Source: the human T2T-CHM13v2.0 reference genome, Homo sapiens
Assembly (NCBI RefSeq): GCF_009914755.1
Contig: NC_060934.1
Strand: one strand, 5' to 3'
DNA length: 64,000 nucleotides
Shown in pieces: positions 1-13,765 of the stretch. The position numbers were made by a program, and so were the translations under genes. The notes beneath the pieces were generated by a model. The model was not told where the DNA came from and searched no databases. It saw only the letters and a program-made list of their open reading frames with translations. Positions within the stretch are counted from its first letter, which is position 1. Each line of letters starts with the position of its first letter.

Positions 1-134
1 TCTCCCTGTCCAGGGCCACTTCCTGGACAGGTGAGTGCTCTGAACACACTTGGGGTCTATCTGCCTTGCTATTTGATAACCTCTAGCCAGAATGCCCTAC
101 AAAGCCCCTGATCCCCATGGTTATGACTTCTACC

Positions 135-375
135 TAATTCAGGCATCACCTCCTCCAGGAAGTCTTTCCCATTACTTCCTGCCAAGGATGGTTTGGGTTC
201 CTTCCCTTACATCACAAAATACTCCATATACATCTCTAAGCTGTCTTATAATTATGCTTATCTCTGTGATCCTCCAACTAAACTGATTCCTTACAGGAAG
301 GAACTGGGTTTTATTCATTTTTGTATGCGCAGGACTCAGTGCAGGAAAATGCAATAAATATGTATGCATGAATTA
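135..375 (+). mobile_element. L2 LINE 3' end fragment
   Basis: ggcatcacctcctccaggaag...ttattcatttttgtat...caataaatatgtatgcatgaa resembles the L2 3' terminus. Confidence 0.65.
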
Positions 376-1645
376 ATTAAAATGACCACAACAGTCAAAG
401 GTAGACCTAGAACTAGAACCAGGTGCTCTGGCCCTGGCCCGGGGTCTTGCATCAAGCCCAGGGTATATTAAACTCAAAGTAGCATGAGACAACCAGAAAG
501 ACAGTTTAAAAAGAATAAAAATTATTCTAATACAATTTAAACATACACCACACACAATTCCAAAACAACCATAACTTCCTGTTCTGCTCCTGCAGCCCCT
601 CAACACCAGGCTCTTCTGAGGAAAAAAAATAAAAAATAAAAAAAATAAAAATCCCACTATTCATGTAATTGTGGACTATTACATAATAGGAAGATAGAAA
701 GCACTATTCCCAACACAGCCAATAATAAACTAGACCCTTAACAAAATGACTGACAGTCCTTATAATTTTAGCCTAGAGAGAATAAAAAGGGATACTATTT
801 TTATTCATACCACTATTTAATCCTTTTTCTTCAGTAATACACTGGATGGCACTCATTTCTATGGTTAATTATACGGTCCCTCAAACAGAATAGGTTTTTC
901 TTTAGCTTTGTTTTACTGAATTCACAGAGCCATCCCAGAGGAATATTACAGCCAAATAAAAAGTCATTTTGCAAATGAAAGCTCAACTTACTTAACTTAC
1001 TTTCTTCAGCAATGTGTGTGTGTTTTTTTAACCCCATTGTCTTGGTTATACACAGAACCTTTGCTTTTCTTCTGCTGCTTTCTCCTATTTCTAATTTGGT
1101 GTCATATCTATTTCATGCAGACTAACAACCAAACATTTAGCCACAGGGACACAAACTGATCATCTTGGACTTCCAGCAACCAGCAGACACTGTCTTGTGC
1201 ATGGTGGGTATTCACAAAGCATTAACTAGCCTTCATATCAACACTGTTCTTCTCTAATAATAACCCCTTTTGGCTTGTATCATGTTCTTTTGGTGAATTC
1301 TCCCTCCAAAAACACTCTTTCCGTATATACCAGACACTGTGACTCCTAAGAACCATGCTGTGGTGATCAGAGAAGAGACAAGAGACAAGACACTTGGGAG
1401 CAAAAAAAAAAAAAAAAAAAAAAAGAAGACCAGACCAGCTGTTTCTCCTACTCAAAGTTAATTCCAGCCATCCAGTTACACATTCAGCAAATACTTATTG
1501 TACATCTACTTTATGCCAGTCACTATGTTAGGTGTAGTTCTTTAACTCTTAGCTTTAGCTGACAATAGGTAGAAATGTTATATTCTTTATAGCACTGAAA
1601 ATATATTTGAACCACTAACGAATTTTGTTTTACTAAGAAATTTCC

Positions 1646-1982
<337 letters not shown>

Positions 1983-2295
1983 CTATATTTTTCATGGACA
2001 GCTAAAAGGTAGCCAACGTAACTATTAATCAAAGAGAACTTACTTTATTGCTTTAAGAGGGCACAGCTCAGAACAGTCATCACTGATACGTGACATCTTT
2101 CTGGCCCTTCATTCTTGTAATTTACATATCATTCATTCAATGTTGATTGGTACATTGACTAAAAATTGGGAACATTTGTATTCATGTAAGAGTGGAGATA
2201 GTAGCAAGCAAATGAAATTCTTCTATCCCAGGTACCATTACAATGACATATTACCTGATACTTTTGCTTTATCTCTTAGAACATTGTTGAGGAGA

Positions 2296-2597
2296 AGCCA
2301 GGCACGGTGGCTCACACCTGTAATCCCAGCACTTTGGGAGGCCGAGGTGGGCAGATCACGAAATCAGGAGTTTGAGACCAGCCTGACCAACATGGTGAAA
2401 CCCCATCTCTACTAAAAATACAAAAATTAGCCGAACATGGTGTCGTGTGCCTGTAATCCCAGCTACTCAGGAGGCTGAGGCAGGAGAATCGCTTGAACCC
2501 GGGAGGTGGAGGTTGCAGTCAGTGAGCCAAGATTGCACCACTGCACTCCAGCGTGAGCAACAGAGTGAGACTCCGTCTCAAAAAACAAACAAACAAA
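2296..2597 (+). mobile_element. AluS (Sg-like)
   Basis: Full dimer; TSD aacaYtgttgaggagaa on both sides. Confidence 0.95.
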
Positions 2598-3679
2598 AAC
2601 ACTGTTGAGGAGAAACAGTAAATAAGAAATGTCAATAAACAAGCCATTATAAGTAATGAAAAGACTCTCCTGAACAAGCAGAATGGTTCCCTTAAATGAT
2701 CAATGTAGTACAATTCTCCTGACACAGTCCATGAATGAGCCCTCACATCCACTCTACATAATGCTCAGAGAAGAGGGTCAATGGCAGGAGGTGCTGAAGC
2801 CTGACTAGTTCCTGGCTGTCATCCTTGAACAACACAGTGTTTCTCTGACATTTCCCGACTTGGAAGAAGGAAACTGATCCACAAAAAAATCACATAATTT
2901 ATTGCACATTTCCTATTCCTTAAATACTTTGGAAACTGTGGCTAGTATTTCTCAACAACCATTAACAGGGAAACAGACACACTGTTGCCATTTCTTTGTC
3001 CCTGTGCTCCATGATGGCACATGGAGCTCCTTTTCCTTTTTGTCTTTTCTTTCCTGTCTTTTCATCTTTTCAGCTCCTTTTCCTGTCTTTTCATCTCTTC
3101 TGAGCCTCCGTGGAGAGCATTTTTGAAGTGTCTGTTTCCATTGACAGCAGAGGCTCAAAAACTGTGGTCCCAGTAACAGTGCTTTCATTTCCCAAGTTTC
3201 TTCTGCTCAATAAGACCCTTGACCAACTTACATTAAACAGCAAATAAAGTTAAGACTTCATGTAAAGTCATCAAGATGTATTCCCTTCGTATGGAAACCA
3301 GTACCTACAGAAGTTGTTCACAGTGATGACCTATTGCTTCCAAAGGGCCATGTAACAGCCCAAAGACTTCAAGGACCAGTCTTCATCAGAATTTGTAACC
3401 AATCTTTAAACCTATCGTCTCTCAGCTTTGTCTCACTGCTTGAAGAAAATAGCATTTAATGTAGATATGGCCAGATCAAGAGGGGCATTCTAAAAATCTG
3501 AATGTGGCACGATACAGTTATAGGTGGAGAGTCTTCAGCTGCTACATCATCTCATCCAGCAGAGAGGAACAAGGGCAAGAGACTAACCAGAGGGAATATC
3601 TGGCTCAGTGATGGGCTGATAAGGGAGACCTTTCATAGGCTCTTCCTGCTGATGAATCAGAGAACAAGAAGTAAAAGGT

Positions 3680-3850
3680 ACATCTGCTTAACTGGGCAAC
3701 TGCTATAGTCCAGGCACTGTTCTGGGTGCTGAGGATACAGAGCTGAATGAAACAGAAAACATTCCTTTCCCTCATGGAGCTTCTTAGCAGAGGAGGAAGC
3801 CAACAATTAAAAAACCAGAATGTCACTCAGTACTAAGTGCCACAGGGGAG
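3680..3850 (-). mobile_element. L2 3' fragment
   Basis: ccaggcactgttctgggtgctgaggataca...cctcatggagctt is the reverse complement of the L2 3' end. Confidence 0.7.
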
Positions 3851-5774
3851 AAAGGCTTAGCTCAGAGGGATGGCAAGAGCTGAATACTGGGAGATGCTGT
3901 TTTGCCTAAGAGGCTTACAATATTTATTACCTGCTAGTAGGTTAGTCTGGTACAATCTGTGCCACCAATACTAGAAATAGGAGAAGAAAAAGCATGATTT
4001 TATTGCAAATTACTTTCCTTATATTTCTCTTTCCTGTTATACTTAGGACATTATATTCATTTTTTAAGAGCTATCATCTGTGAATTTCATATCAAGTTAT
4101 TAAAGGAGGTTACCATGTACATGTTTTGCATGTACATGTTTGCATCACCTGGCAAAGAAGGTATTGGGCCCAGCTGGGGTTGAGAATTCCTACTGGGGTG
4201 TGCTCATTCACTGGGTGCACTCCGGGCACCGATTCCACACCAGGCCCTACCCCTTCTGGAGACTGTATTATCATAGGGAATCAGACTGAGACTTAATGGG
4301 CACGCCAAATAATTAAACAGTGGCACTTTCAAAGTGTTTTAAAGGAAAGAAAGGAGGGGCTTACACAGAGATAGGGCTAGCGCGAGGGTCTGCTTAGTTA
4401 TGAGGAGACCCCAAGAGGGAGTAGGCTGCTGGAACAGGCTCTCAGGCTGCATTTTACACTGGGGCACAACTCCCTGCAGATAGCCACAAGGCAAGCATTC
4501 AGCAGCCACACGTGGCTCGTGGCTGCATGTGGGATCCTGCAGAATGATGAAACAGAATGAGCTCTGAGAGGATGAATGTGGAAACTGAGTGATGGGTTCA
4601 TGCGTATTCCCTCTACTTTTGAAATGTTTTAAGTTTCCCTCAATAAAAAGGTACAAGAAAAAAATAAATCCTCAAAACCACTTCCACTTGTCAGTTTCCT
4701 ACAAACTATTCACTTAGCTTACTTAGTTCATGGCAAGCAGTAACACAGATTCTTCAAACCATCAGAAAATGTTTCTAAGATGCAGCTAAAATATAATCTA
4801 GCATCTCAATCAGTCAGTAAGGTCCTAAAGTGGCCTTCTAGCTGAAGTTTAAATGAAAGTAACAATTCGGAGATTTGCTAAAGGGAGGCTGCGTGTGGTC
4901 TAAGGAAGAGTCGATATAATAGGCCACTAAGGGCTCTTAAAAAGAATCTAAAAATACGAAAACACTCATCTGCTACTTTGGCTCCTCTAAATGAATAGCT
5001 GACCATTAATCACATTAACACAGATTTTACAGAGCAGACATCAGTTAAAGCTCCTGTACATTTTTCACTCCTTTTAAACCATGAGGAATGAATGATATAA
5101 AAATTATGTTCAATTTTAATTGCTGGACTTTAAAAAAAAAATCTCTATTTTGTCACAATTGTCTTCTCAGTGTTACCCCTGCCAACCCCCCTTTCAACAA
5201 CAGAAATGAGATACCAGGGACCAGAGCAGAGCCAGGAGGGTTCCACTTTCTCGGTGATCCCATTAGGTTCATACACCAGCAGATACGGCACCACACATGT
5301 GCGTGTCTTCATGTGGTCCCTGAATTCTTTTTAGCAGTGCATGATAAAGAGAACACACATACATACACACACACTCCAAATACAAGACTGAGAATGAACA
5401 CCGGCATACTTTTCTTAGTGGCTATTTCCCAAACCTTTCTGCATTTCTTTCCTTTGTCGTTCTATGGGGAAAAGTCTGTTTTACTTCCTTGAAGACAGTA
5501 AAAAATAAATAAATAAATAAATAAAAATAAGCTGTTGAAAGAGCAACAGAATGTGAAGGCAACCCAGCTTTATGAAATGAGTTTGCTGTGATGAAAACTC
5601 TTCTCCAGCAGATTCCTATTTTTTTCCTAGCCAGCAGACTGGAGTGCTCAAATTCTAATGTCAGACAAATCTTGGTACTTAGATTCCGAAGGAAGCTTCC
5701 CATTCCGCCCTAGGTAATGTATCCTTTAGGAATAAAGACACCAGAACAAAATAATAAATGTACACAGTTTTGCA

Positions 5775-7086
5775 GTCTTATTTGTGGCAAAACCCAAAAA
5801 ACTGGAAATAGGTTATGTCTATCAATAGGAAATGGTTGAATACATTAAGGTCTACTTATACCTAGAGTATTAGACAGCTATGAAAAAGAATGTGTTCCCT
5901 ATGTATTGTCCTTGAAGGATCTGCCTTTTTAAAAATACAGCAGAATGAGCTATAAAGTGTAAGATAAATGAATAAAATAACATTTAAAAAATTCTCTAAA
6001 ATCTTTGTGACTTGTGTTAGGCAATGGTTTCTTGGATGTGACACCAACGGCAGAAGCAACAAACTAGAGGAAGTGGACTATATCAAAATTTACACCTAAT
6101 GCTGCAAACAATACTATCAAAGTGAAAAGAAAACTAATAAAATGAGAGAAAATATTTGCAAATCTGACAAGTGACTTTTACTCAAAATATATACAGAACT
6201 CTTACAATTCAATAAAAAGACAACCTAATTAAAAAATGGGCAAAATATCTGAATAGCTATTTCTCCAGAAGATACAAAAATGGCCAATAAGTATATGGAT
6301 ACCTCCTCAATATCATCAGTCCTTTGGAACATGTGAATCAAAACCACAATGAGATACTACTCTTTCATACCTACTAGGATGGCTATAAGAAGAAGGACAG
6401 ACAATATCAAGTATTGGCATGGATGCAGTGAAATTAGAAACTTCATACATTGCTAGTAAGAATGTAAAATTATACAGTTGCTTTGGCCATTCCTCAGAAA
6501 ATTAAACACAGAGGTACCATATAACCCAACAATTTCACTACTAGGTATGTACCCAGGAAAAATAAAAACATGGGTCCACACAAAAACTTCTACACAAATG
6601 TTCATAGCAGCATTATTCGTAATAGCCAAAACATGAACACAATCCAAAGGTCCATTAATGGGTGAAAGGATAAACAAAATGTGGTCTATCCACACAATAG
6701 AATATGCCTTGACCCCCATAAAAAGGAATTAAGTATTGTTACAAGGTACAATGTGGATGAACCTTGGAAACCTTATGCCAAATGAACAAAGCCAGTCACA
6801 AAAGCCCACATACAAATCTACAGAGACAGGAAGCAGATTAGTGGTTGCCTAGGGCTGGGGGTAGGGGTTGGGGGAAATAAGGTTTAGGTTTCTTTTAGAG
6901 AGGATGAAAATGTTCTAAGATTAGATTGAGAATGGTTATACAACCCCTATATTTAAATAGTATATAAAAATATATACATTTTAGTAAATATACTAAAAAG
7001 CAATGAATTGCATATTCTAAATGGTATTTGAATTGTACACTTTATATCATATGTGAATTATATCTCAATAAAGCTGTCTTTAAAAA
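5775..7086 (+). mobile_element. L1M (L1MB-like) ORF2 3' end and 3'UTR, antisense to the gene
   Basis: aaaaaatgggcaaa..., caaaaccacaatgagatac, atgttcatagcagcattattc, ending tgtgaattatatctcaataaagctg. Confidence 0.9.
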
Positions 7087-7579
7087 GGATTCCTTTAAAA
7101 AAAAATACTCTAGCAAACCTAGAAACAAAAAATGAAGACCATGCACTACTTTTGAATTATGTGGATTTTTAAATCCACTTAAATGGGCTGCTGTGGTCAT
7201 TAAAAATTATGTTTTTGAAATATGCTTGTTTACTACACGAATAAAGCAGAGTACAAAACTATAAATAAATTTTATAAAACAAGAATATATTTTTAAAGAA
7301 AAGGCTGGTATTAATCGTGATTATCTTTAGATGGCCGAATTATGAGTAATTTAAATATTGTGCTTTAGAATTTTCTATCCTTTTCTAAATCTTCTCCAAT
7401 AAGCATGCATTGTTTTTATAATCATAAAAATAGCATTTAATGTCTTAGATGAGCCACACGTACCAGGAACTCAAGTGGCAGAAGGATTTAACTACATTCT
7501 TTACTAACATCCTGGATGAGAGGGTATTTTCCCTCTGTCATGAATGACAATAAAAAGGCTAGCATACATCATCCCTAGT

Positions 7580-7766
7580 CCTTTTCAGTTAAGTAACACT
7601 GCGTAAAAAACACCCCAAAACTTCATGGCTTAAAACCACTGCCATTTTATTGGCTCATAATGACATGGGTCAAGAACTCAAGGAGGCTCAACATTGTGTT
7701 CCTGCGACAGCTCAGCGAGGGCTGGTGATCCAAGGTGACCCTACACATGTATTGAGGTCTTGGTGA
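7580..7766. mobile_element. MLT1-type MaLR LTR fragment (resumes at ~8336-8380 after a nested LTR)
   Basis: caccccaaaacttcatggcttaaaac...gggctggtgatccaag...|ctgtcagctaggcc. Confidence 0.55.
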
Positions 7767-8335
7767 TGTTGTTCAAAGAGTGAAGGACATGCCATCCCAA
7801 AATATGCCGGATTTTTATATTGATTAGTGTGAGCTGAAAACACTGAAAAAGTTGTAGATTCCAACTTGACCCCAACAAGCCAGGTGACCTGGGTCTTCCT
7901 GCATGTAGCAAGCCACAAAGATTCCTTTGGGAGGGGCCCCTCACCTATTCAGGCGAGAAAATAGCCCTTATCCCAGAGACTAGGGTTTGGAAGATGCAAC
8001 TAACCTGAATAAGGAAATTTCTGGAAGTAGCCCTTATCTTCTACCTGTTTTATACTCCCCATGTATCCTCCCAGTGACTCCCCTAGAAATGTACTGCCCC
8101 AGATTTTTTCTTGTCATTTCTTCTCAAATGTATCGTTCTCAGCATAAAAGTGTCTTGCTTTGGCCAATTCCTTTGGATTTCACTCTTTTAAAGATTCCCA
8201 GGTGCAAGTAACACTAAGAAAATTTGTATTCCTTTCTCCTATTAATCTGCCTGATGTCAACCTGACTTCTAGATCCAGCTGAAGAGCCCACTAAGAGCTA
8301 AAGGGAGGTTGGAGGGGACCTCTGTCTCCCCTACA
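7767..8335 (+). mobile_element. ERV1-class solo LTR (MER34/MER39-like)
   Basis: acatgccatcccaaaatatgcc start motif and ...tctcccctaca end; related to the LTR at 63110-63608. Confidence 0.65.
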
Positions 8336-8385
8336 CTGTCAGCTAGGCCTTCTGAGCCACCTGGCTTCTCAAGACCTGGCTTCTC

Positions 8386-8715
8386 AGCCAGACACAGTGG
8401 CTCATGCCTGTAATCCCATCACCTTGAGAGGCCCAGGCAGGAGGACTGTTTAAGTTTCAGAGTTTGAGACCAGCCTTGGCAACACAGTGAGACCTTGTCT
8501 CTTCAAAAAATTTTAAAAATTAGCCAGGTGTGGTGGCATGCACCTGTGGTCCCACATACTCAAGAGGCTGAGGTAGGAGGATGCCTTGAGCCTGGGGGGT
8601 AGAGGCTGCATTGAGCCATGATGGCGCCACTGTACTCTAGCCTGTGTGACAGAGCAAGACCCTATTTCTAAAAAAAAATAAAATAAATAAAATTAAATTA
8701 AAATTAAAAAATAAA
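8386..8715 (+). mobile_element. AluJ
   Basis: Dimeric Alu with A/AAAAT tail. Confidence 0.93.
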
Positions 8716-8772
8716 ACGCAGGAAAAGAGGTGAAAACTCCTAATTTCAGCTACCAGCAATATTTTACTGTAG

Positions 8773-9094
8773 CAGAAACTGACTAACTTTCCCTGCAAGG
8801 GTTAGACAGTAAATAATTCTAGGCTCTGCGGGCCACACAGTCTCTGTCACAATGACTCACCTCTGCTGTTTGAGCAGCTACAAACTGGCAAACAAATGAG
8901 TGTGGCTCTGTTCCAATCAAACTTATCTACAGACACTGAAATTTGAATTTCATAGAATTTTCACATTATGAAATACTTTTTTAGAAAACCATTTTTTTTT
9001 TTGTACATACGTAAAAACTATCCTTAGTTCGTGGCCACACAAAAACAAGCAGCGGGCCAGATCTGGCCCACAAGCCATAGTCTGCCAACTCCTG
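8773..9094 (+). mobile_element. MER58B-like hAT-Charlie DNA transposon
   Basis: gcgggccacacagtctctgtcaca...gtggctctgttccaat...gggccagatctggccc...gccaactcctg. Confidence 0.8.
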
Positions 9095-10036
9095 TGCTAT
9101 AGTTAATTCAAGATATAAAAATGCTCAAAGAGGAGTACTCTGTTGCATACCTTATCCACAAATCCACACACCATCCCTGTGTAGAGAGCACACAACCCTT
9201 AGCTACTGAATTTTTCACTGTCCTCAAACTGTTCTACTTAAGAGCCAAAGTTACTTTTCATTAAACTTTTCTCAGTATTTCAACTACTGTTTCTTTTTAA
9301 CCTAGCAACTATCAGGCCTACTCATTTCCTCTGCCAGGAGGCAATGGTAGCCCTCAAACCTCAAGTATGCACACCTTGCCTTTATTTTCTAGAAAAGGCC
9401 AGCAATCTAAAAATTAGGAAACCACCCTGTTCTGATCATGCTATTCCTAATATAGTGTTTTATTTTACTGATAAAACAAAGCATTGCTGACTTACAAATT
9501 ATTGGACAGTAACAGTGTCCATGAACCGAAAAAAAAAGTGCCATCAACTTGACACTTGAGAGTTTAGCTAACAAAGTACACAAAGAACAAACCACATGGT
9601 TGGTGCTCCGTGGTGGGGGTGGCAGAAGCAGGAACCCGCTGACAAGCACATCACAGGCCCTCCAAAACCTCAGAGTATCTGTTCTTCCATTAAACCTGCC
9701 TCACTTGTGAATTCCTCCAGACTGAGCCAGTCTGAACTTGGCTCCTAGACTCTCTACTCAGGGAGGGAGAACTAGAACCTGAGGTTAGTCAGGTTCACAC
9801 ACCACATTAACCCTTGCTGGGAACACTTGGTAATTGCAACAGGATCTGAAGAGACACAGATGGTCCAGTCATCTTTACATATGCATCATTTGCGTCTGAA
9901 AATCCTGGCACTACCCATGACCTTGGGAATGAACAATGTGCGGTCATCTACCATGTCACCTGCTGTCTTCTTTACAACAAGACTGATCTTTCAGATCCTT
10001 CTTCATTTTTGCGTAGCTGAGGCCATTTCTGAAGCC

Positions 10037-10086
10037 AAAAAGAAAAGAAAAAGAAAAACAACAACAACAACAACAACAACAAAAAC
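10037..10086 (+). repeat. (AAAAG)n-(AAC)n compound microsatellite
   Basis: Direct inspection. Confidence 0.9.
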
Positions 10087-10389
10087 AGCTGACACGACAG
10101 TACAGTATAAATAAAAATGAAGAAACTTTATGTTGGATCAAGCTGATAAATTACTGTTCAACCAGCAGCCTCTCTAGCAAGGGCAGCTATCTGAGCTGAA
10201 GACACCTGGACTGCTCTCTGACTCAACTCTTATGAGTTCTGCTCATACCACCGAGTCAAGGCTTTAACAGTATTTGCATTTGCCGTTTTTCACTGTGATC
10301 TTAAGTCACAGTTTTTCACAGTGATCCTAAGTCTTCCATGCTGTGGTACAGACCCCAAGTTTTCGCAACTCAGAGGTGGGCCAAGTGCA

Positions 10390-10575
10390 AGGGGACCTGA
10401 GTCAGAGCCAGGTTTGATCCTGACCGCAGAGCTGACAGTGTGGACTTAGCCGAGTCACTTACTCTGATCTGTTTGCTCATCTGTCAAATGTGAATAATGA
10501 CTTGTCCCCAGCCTTCTCCTCAGTGCTGGGTACAGGTCAGGTGAGATGACAAAGGTGAAACTGCTTTGTCAACTG
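10390..10575 (+). mobile_element. MIR/MIR3 SINE
   Basis: Core agtcactta...ctgtttgctcatctgtcaaatg. Confidence 0.7.
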
Positions 10576-10599
10576 TCGAAAACAAGTTATTTTCTTCTT

Positions 10600-10827
10600 C
10601 CATTAACTTTCCCCCTCAAGCAGCAACTGCTTTCTTCTGTTCCCTTCTGCAGGGTTTGATAAAGAAGTCTGTTGAGCACGTGTTTATCATGGTTTTTAAT
10701 CACAGCTTCATCTTTCCAGACTGCAGCGTCCCTCCTGACTGTAATTTCTTCTCATGGTTTGGTACCTCTTTCAGTCGCCCCTCCCTTAGCCTTTCCCAGT
10801 CTCTCTTGTAGCTTTCCTACCAAGCAG

Positions 10828-10873
<46 letters not shown>

Positions 10874-11160
10874 TCAAAGTGTGTCAGATCTTGAAATATT
10901 TTCTTTATATCTCTCCTGGAATCGCCCAGCGCTTCCTTGCCCGGAACGTTCCTGGCTACAATAAGCACCACATCGGCCAAATACCCATTAGAAACTGAAT
11001 GATTCCTATCTGAAATACTCACAAGAAGCCTGGAGCCCATTACTTTGTGTGTAGAATGTAGTCTTTTTCCCCCCCTTAAATGCATTACCTCACATCTGTC
11101 TGTATTACAATTTAGTATGCCAACTTCCCCACTCACAGTTTCAGGCCTGTGGCAAACCAT
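10600..11160 (-). mobile_element. CR1/L3 LINE ORF2 remnant interrupted by (CA)n
   Basis: Minus-frame LNCNTDRCEVMHLRGGKRLHSTHKVMGSRLLVSISDR matches the CR1 post-RT motif MKFNxDKCxVMHLGxxNxxxxYxMMGSxLxxxxxERDLG. Left boundary uncertain. Confidence 0.7.
10830..10871 (+). repeat. (CA)~21 microsatellite
   Basis: Direct inspection. Confidence 0.97.
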
Positions 11161-12408
11161 CTTTCAGTTTATTTTCCCCACTGGCTTGCTGTTTTATGAC
11201 TTAAAAATACTTGAGAGCAAAATGTAAATTTAGGCAATCTCAAAGACATTACTGATTGGGTCGTTTTAATTAAAAACCAGCATTAGTATCTGTGGTACTA
11301 ACAGTTAATACTAGGTACGCTTTGTCTGAATCCCTTATTTTTTCTTTGATTGCCACTGCCTCTACTTCTTTTGCCAAAGAAAGTTGTTTAAAAAACTTTT
11401 AAGCTTATATTCCTTCTGCCAAAAGCTAACACACAATGTGTTTTATCATTATTCTTTGTAATGCGCTTGTTTCATTATACTGTTTCTTATACATATATGT
11501 TCATAATTTTTAAAAATATACCTATTGGCTTTCCTTGTCCTCTTAAAAATATTCCCTACCTCAAACAAAACATTCTATTAGTGAAACATAATTTGTCTAT
11601 CAGAAAACCTGACACACCTTCCAATGTCCAGTATCAGCTCGAGCTCCCTGGCATCAAAACAATCCCTGGTCTATAGGATGCCACCCACTAAAAATCTTTC
11701 CAGTGTCTCAGGCATATGGCAAAGTGGCCATTTGTAAATTACCCTGGAGTTCCTTGAACACTTCTGTGAAAATGCACAGCCCATGACTGTTGCTTCCCAG
11801 CATGTCACCGCCCTGCCAAGTCATCTGAAGTTGTGCTTTGGTGGGTCCTTATAGCACTGCTTATGGACATCTTGTCCACAGCTGTCCGATACACAGCTGC
11901 TTCACTTTTGTGTTCCTGACCATTTCGGCAAGTGTCCAGCTAGTAAAACAGGGTGCTAGTAAGGGTTATTTTTACACCTGTGGAACCCGTGCAATAACAG
12001 AAACCGCATTACTGGTGACACTCTTGTCATTTAATTTCAACCACAGTAGATCTGCCATGTATATATTTTTTCAAGAAGTCTAATGTTTACATTTTCAATA
12101 GGACTTTGATTCTGAAAATGGTTCTGCTTGAATTGAGTATTTAAAGTTATGAGATAAGAAGTACAACTTATAATTACACAGCATAAGAGATTATATCCAG
12201 ATAATTTTTAAAAGGAGTTTAAGAGTCCCAGTGTATACTCTTCAACTGATTTTATTAAACAATGTTTTGGACATTTAGCATCAAGTCATACTATTAATGA
12301 ATCATAATACTAAAAAATTTCAGAAGAGAGGCGAATCATTAAGACAATTTTCCTTGTGAAATTTTGGTCATGACAGAATCAAAATCTCAGGGTTAAGAAA
12401 GTGAAAAG

Positions 12409-12719
12409 GGTTGGGCACAGTGGCTTGCACCTGTGATCCCAGCTCTTTGGGAGGCTGAGGCAGGAGGATCACTTGATGCCAGGAGTTCAAGACAGGCCTG
12501 ATCAACAAAGTGACACCCATTTTCTATAAAAAACAAACAAACAAACAAAAACTTTAAAAATTCGCTGGGCATGGTGGCATGTGCCTTTAGTCTCAGCTAC
12601 CCAGGGGGGCTAAGGCTGATGCAGGAGGATCCCTTGAGCCCAGGAGATTGAGGCTGTGGTAAGCTATGATCCCACCACTGCATTCCAGCCTGGGTGACAG
12701 ATACTGTCTCAGAAAAAAA
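12409..12719 (+). mobile_element. AluJ
   Basis: Dimeric Alu with (AAAC)n linker. Confidence 0.93.
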
Positions 12720-13472
12720 GAGACAACAGAAGAGAAGAAGTGGGGGTGGCGGCGGGGCAGGGAGGGAGAAAGAGAAAAGCTACCTAGTCCTATCACTCGT
12801 CTGGTGCCATGCCCCTCACAGCAATGGCAGGCCATGAGGTCAGCAGACAACACCTCCAGTCATTCACACTGGTGACTGCAATACTCAGTTACCTATTTTG
12901 TTGTTTGTAATTTAATAACAATTACAGTTCTCTAATTTACTTTTTATATATGAATGTGAGTAGATTCAATGCCACGCCATCCTCTCCCTCTCATTCCAAT
13001 ATTCGCCTTAAGTGAGGCAGGGATCGAGTAATACTGGGCGTGTCAAGATTGCTGCAAACTTCCGACAGTGCCCATGGGAGTCTGCTGTGCTTTTGAGTGT
13101 TTATCCATCCTGTCTATCACTGTGGAAAACAACTTGGAAACATGCTGAACCGGCACATTTCGGATAATTTCAGGAACAGGAAACTCATTATTCCCAAAGG
13201 CAGTTGGCCAAATCCTTGGACAACTTGAACTCCTAGATAGTTGTTCTTCTCTCCTGAAGGAAATGTAATCTCCCAATAGATTCCACAAATTACGTCTTAA
13301 CTAAACCCCACAAACCATTTGAGAGAGGGGACTTTAAACCCCTGGATTCCTTTCAGGGTTCTGAAAACTGACATCAGTAGGCATCAAAAAGACTTTTCTT
13401 CCTGTTAGTTATACTAGGTTGAGAAGTCACTCAATAATTGAAGAAAGCAAGCTCTATTTTCTTCTTATTGGA

Positions 13473-13765
13473 TTTTTATTTTTTAATTAAGAGATGGGGT
13501 TTTACTCTGTTGCCCAAGCTGGAGTGCAGTGTTGCAATCAAAGCTCAATGCAGCCTTGAACTCCTGGGCTTAAGTTCCACCTCAGCCTCCTGAGTACTGA
13601 GACCACAGGCATACACCAACTAATTAGTTAAAAAAATTTTTTTTTAGTAGAAACGAGGTCTTGCTTTGTTGCCCAGGCTGGTCTCAAACTCCTGACTTCT
13701 AGCAATCCTCCCACCTTTGTCTCCCAAAGGAATGGGATTATAGGTGTGAGCCACCGTGCCCAGCC
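13473..13765 (-). mobile_element. AluJ
   Basis: Reverse Alu; flanking tctatttt direct repeat. Confidence 0.93.
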
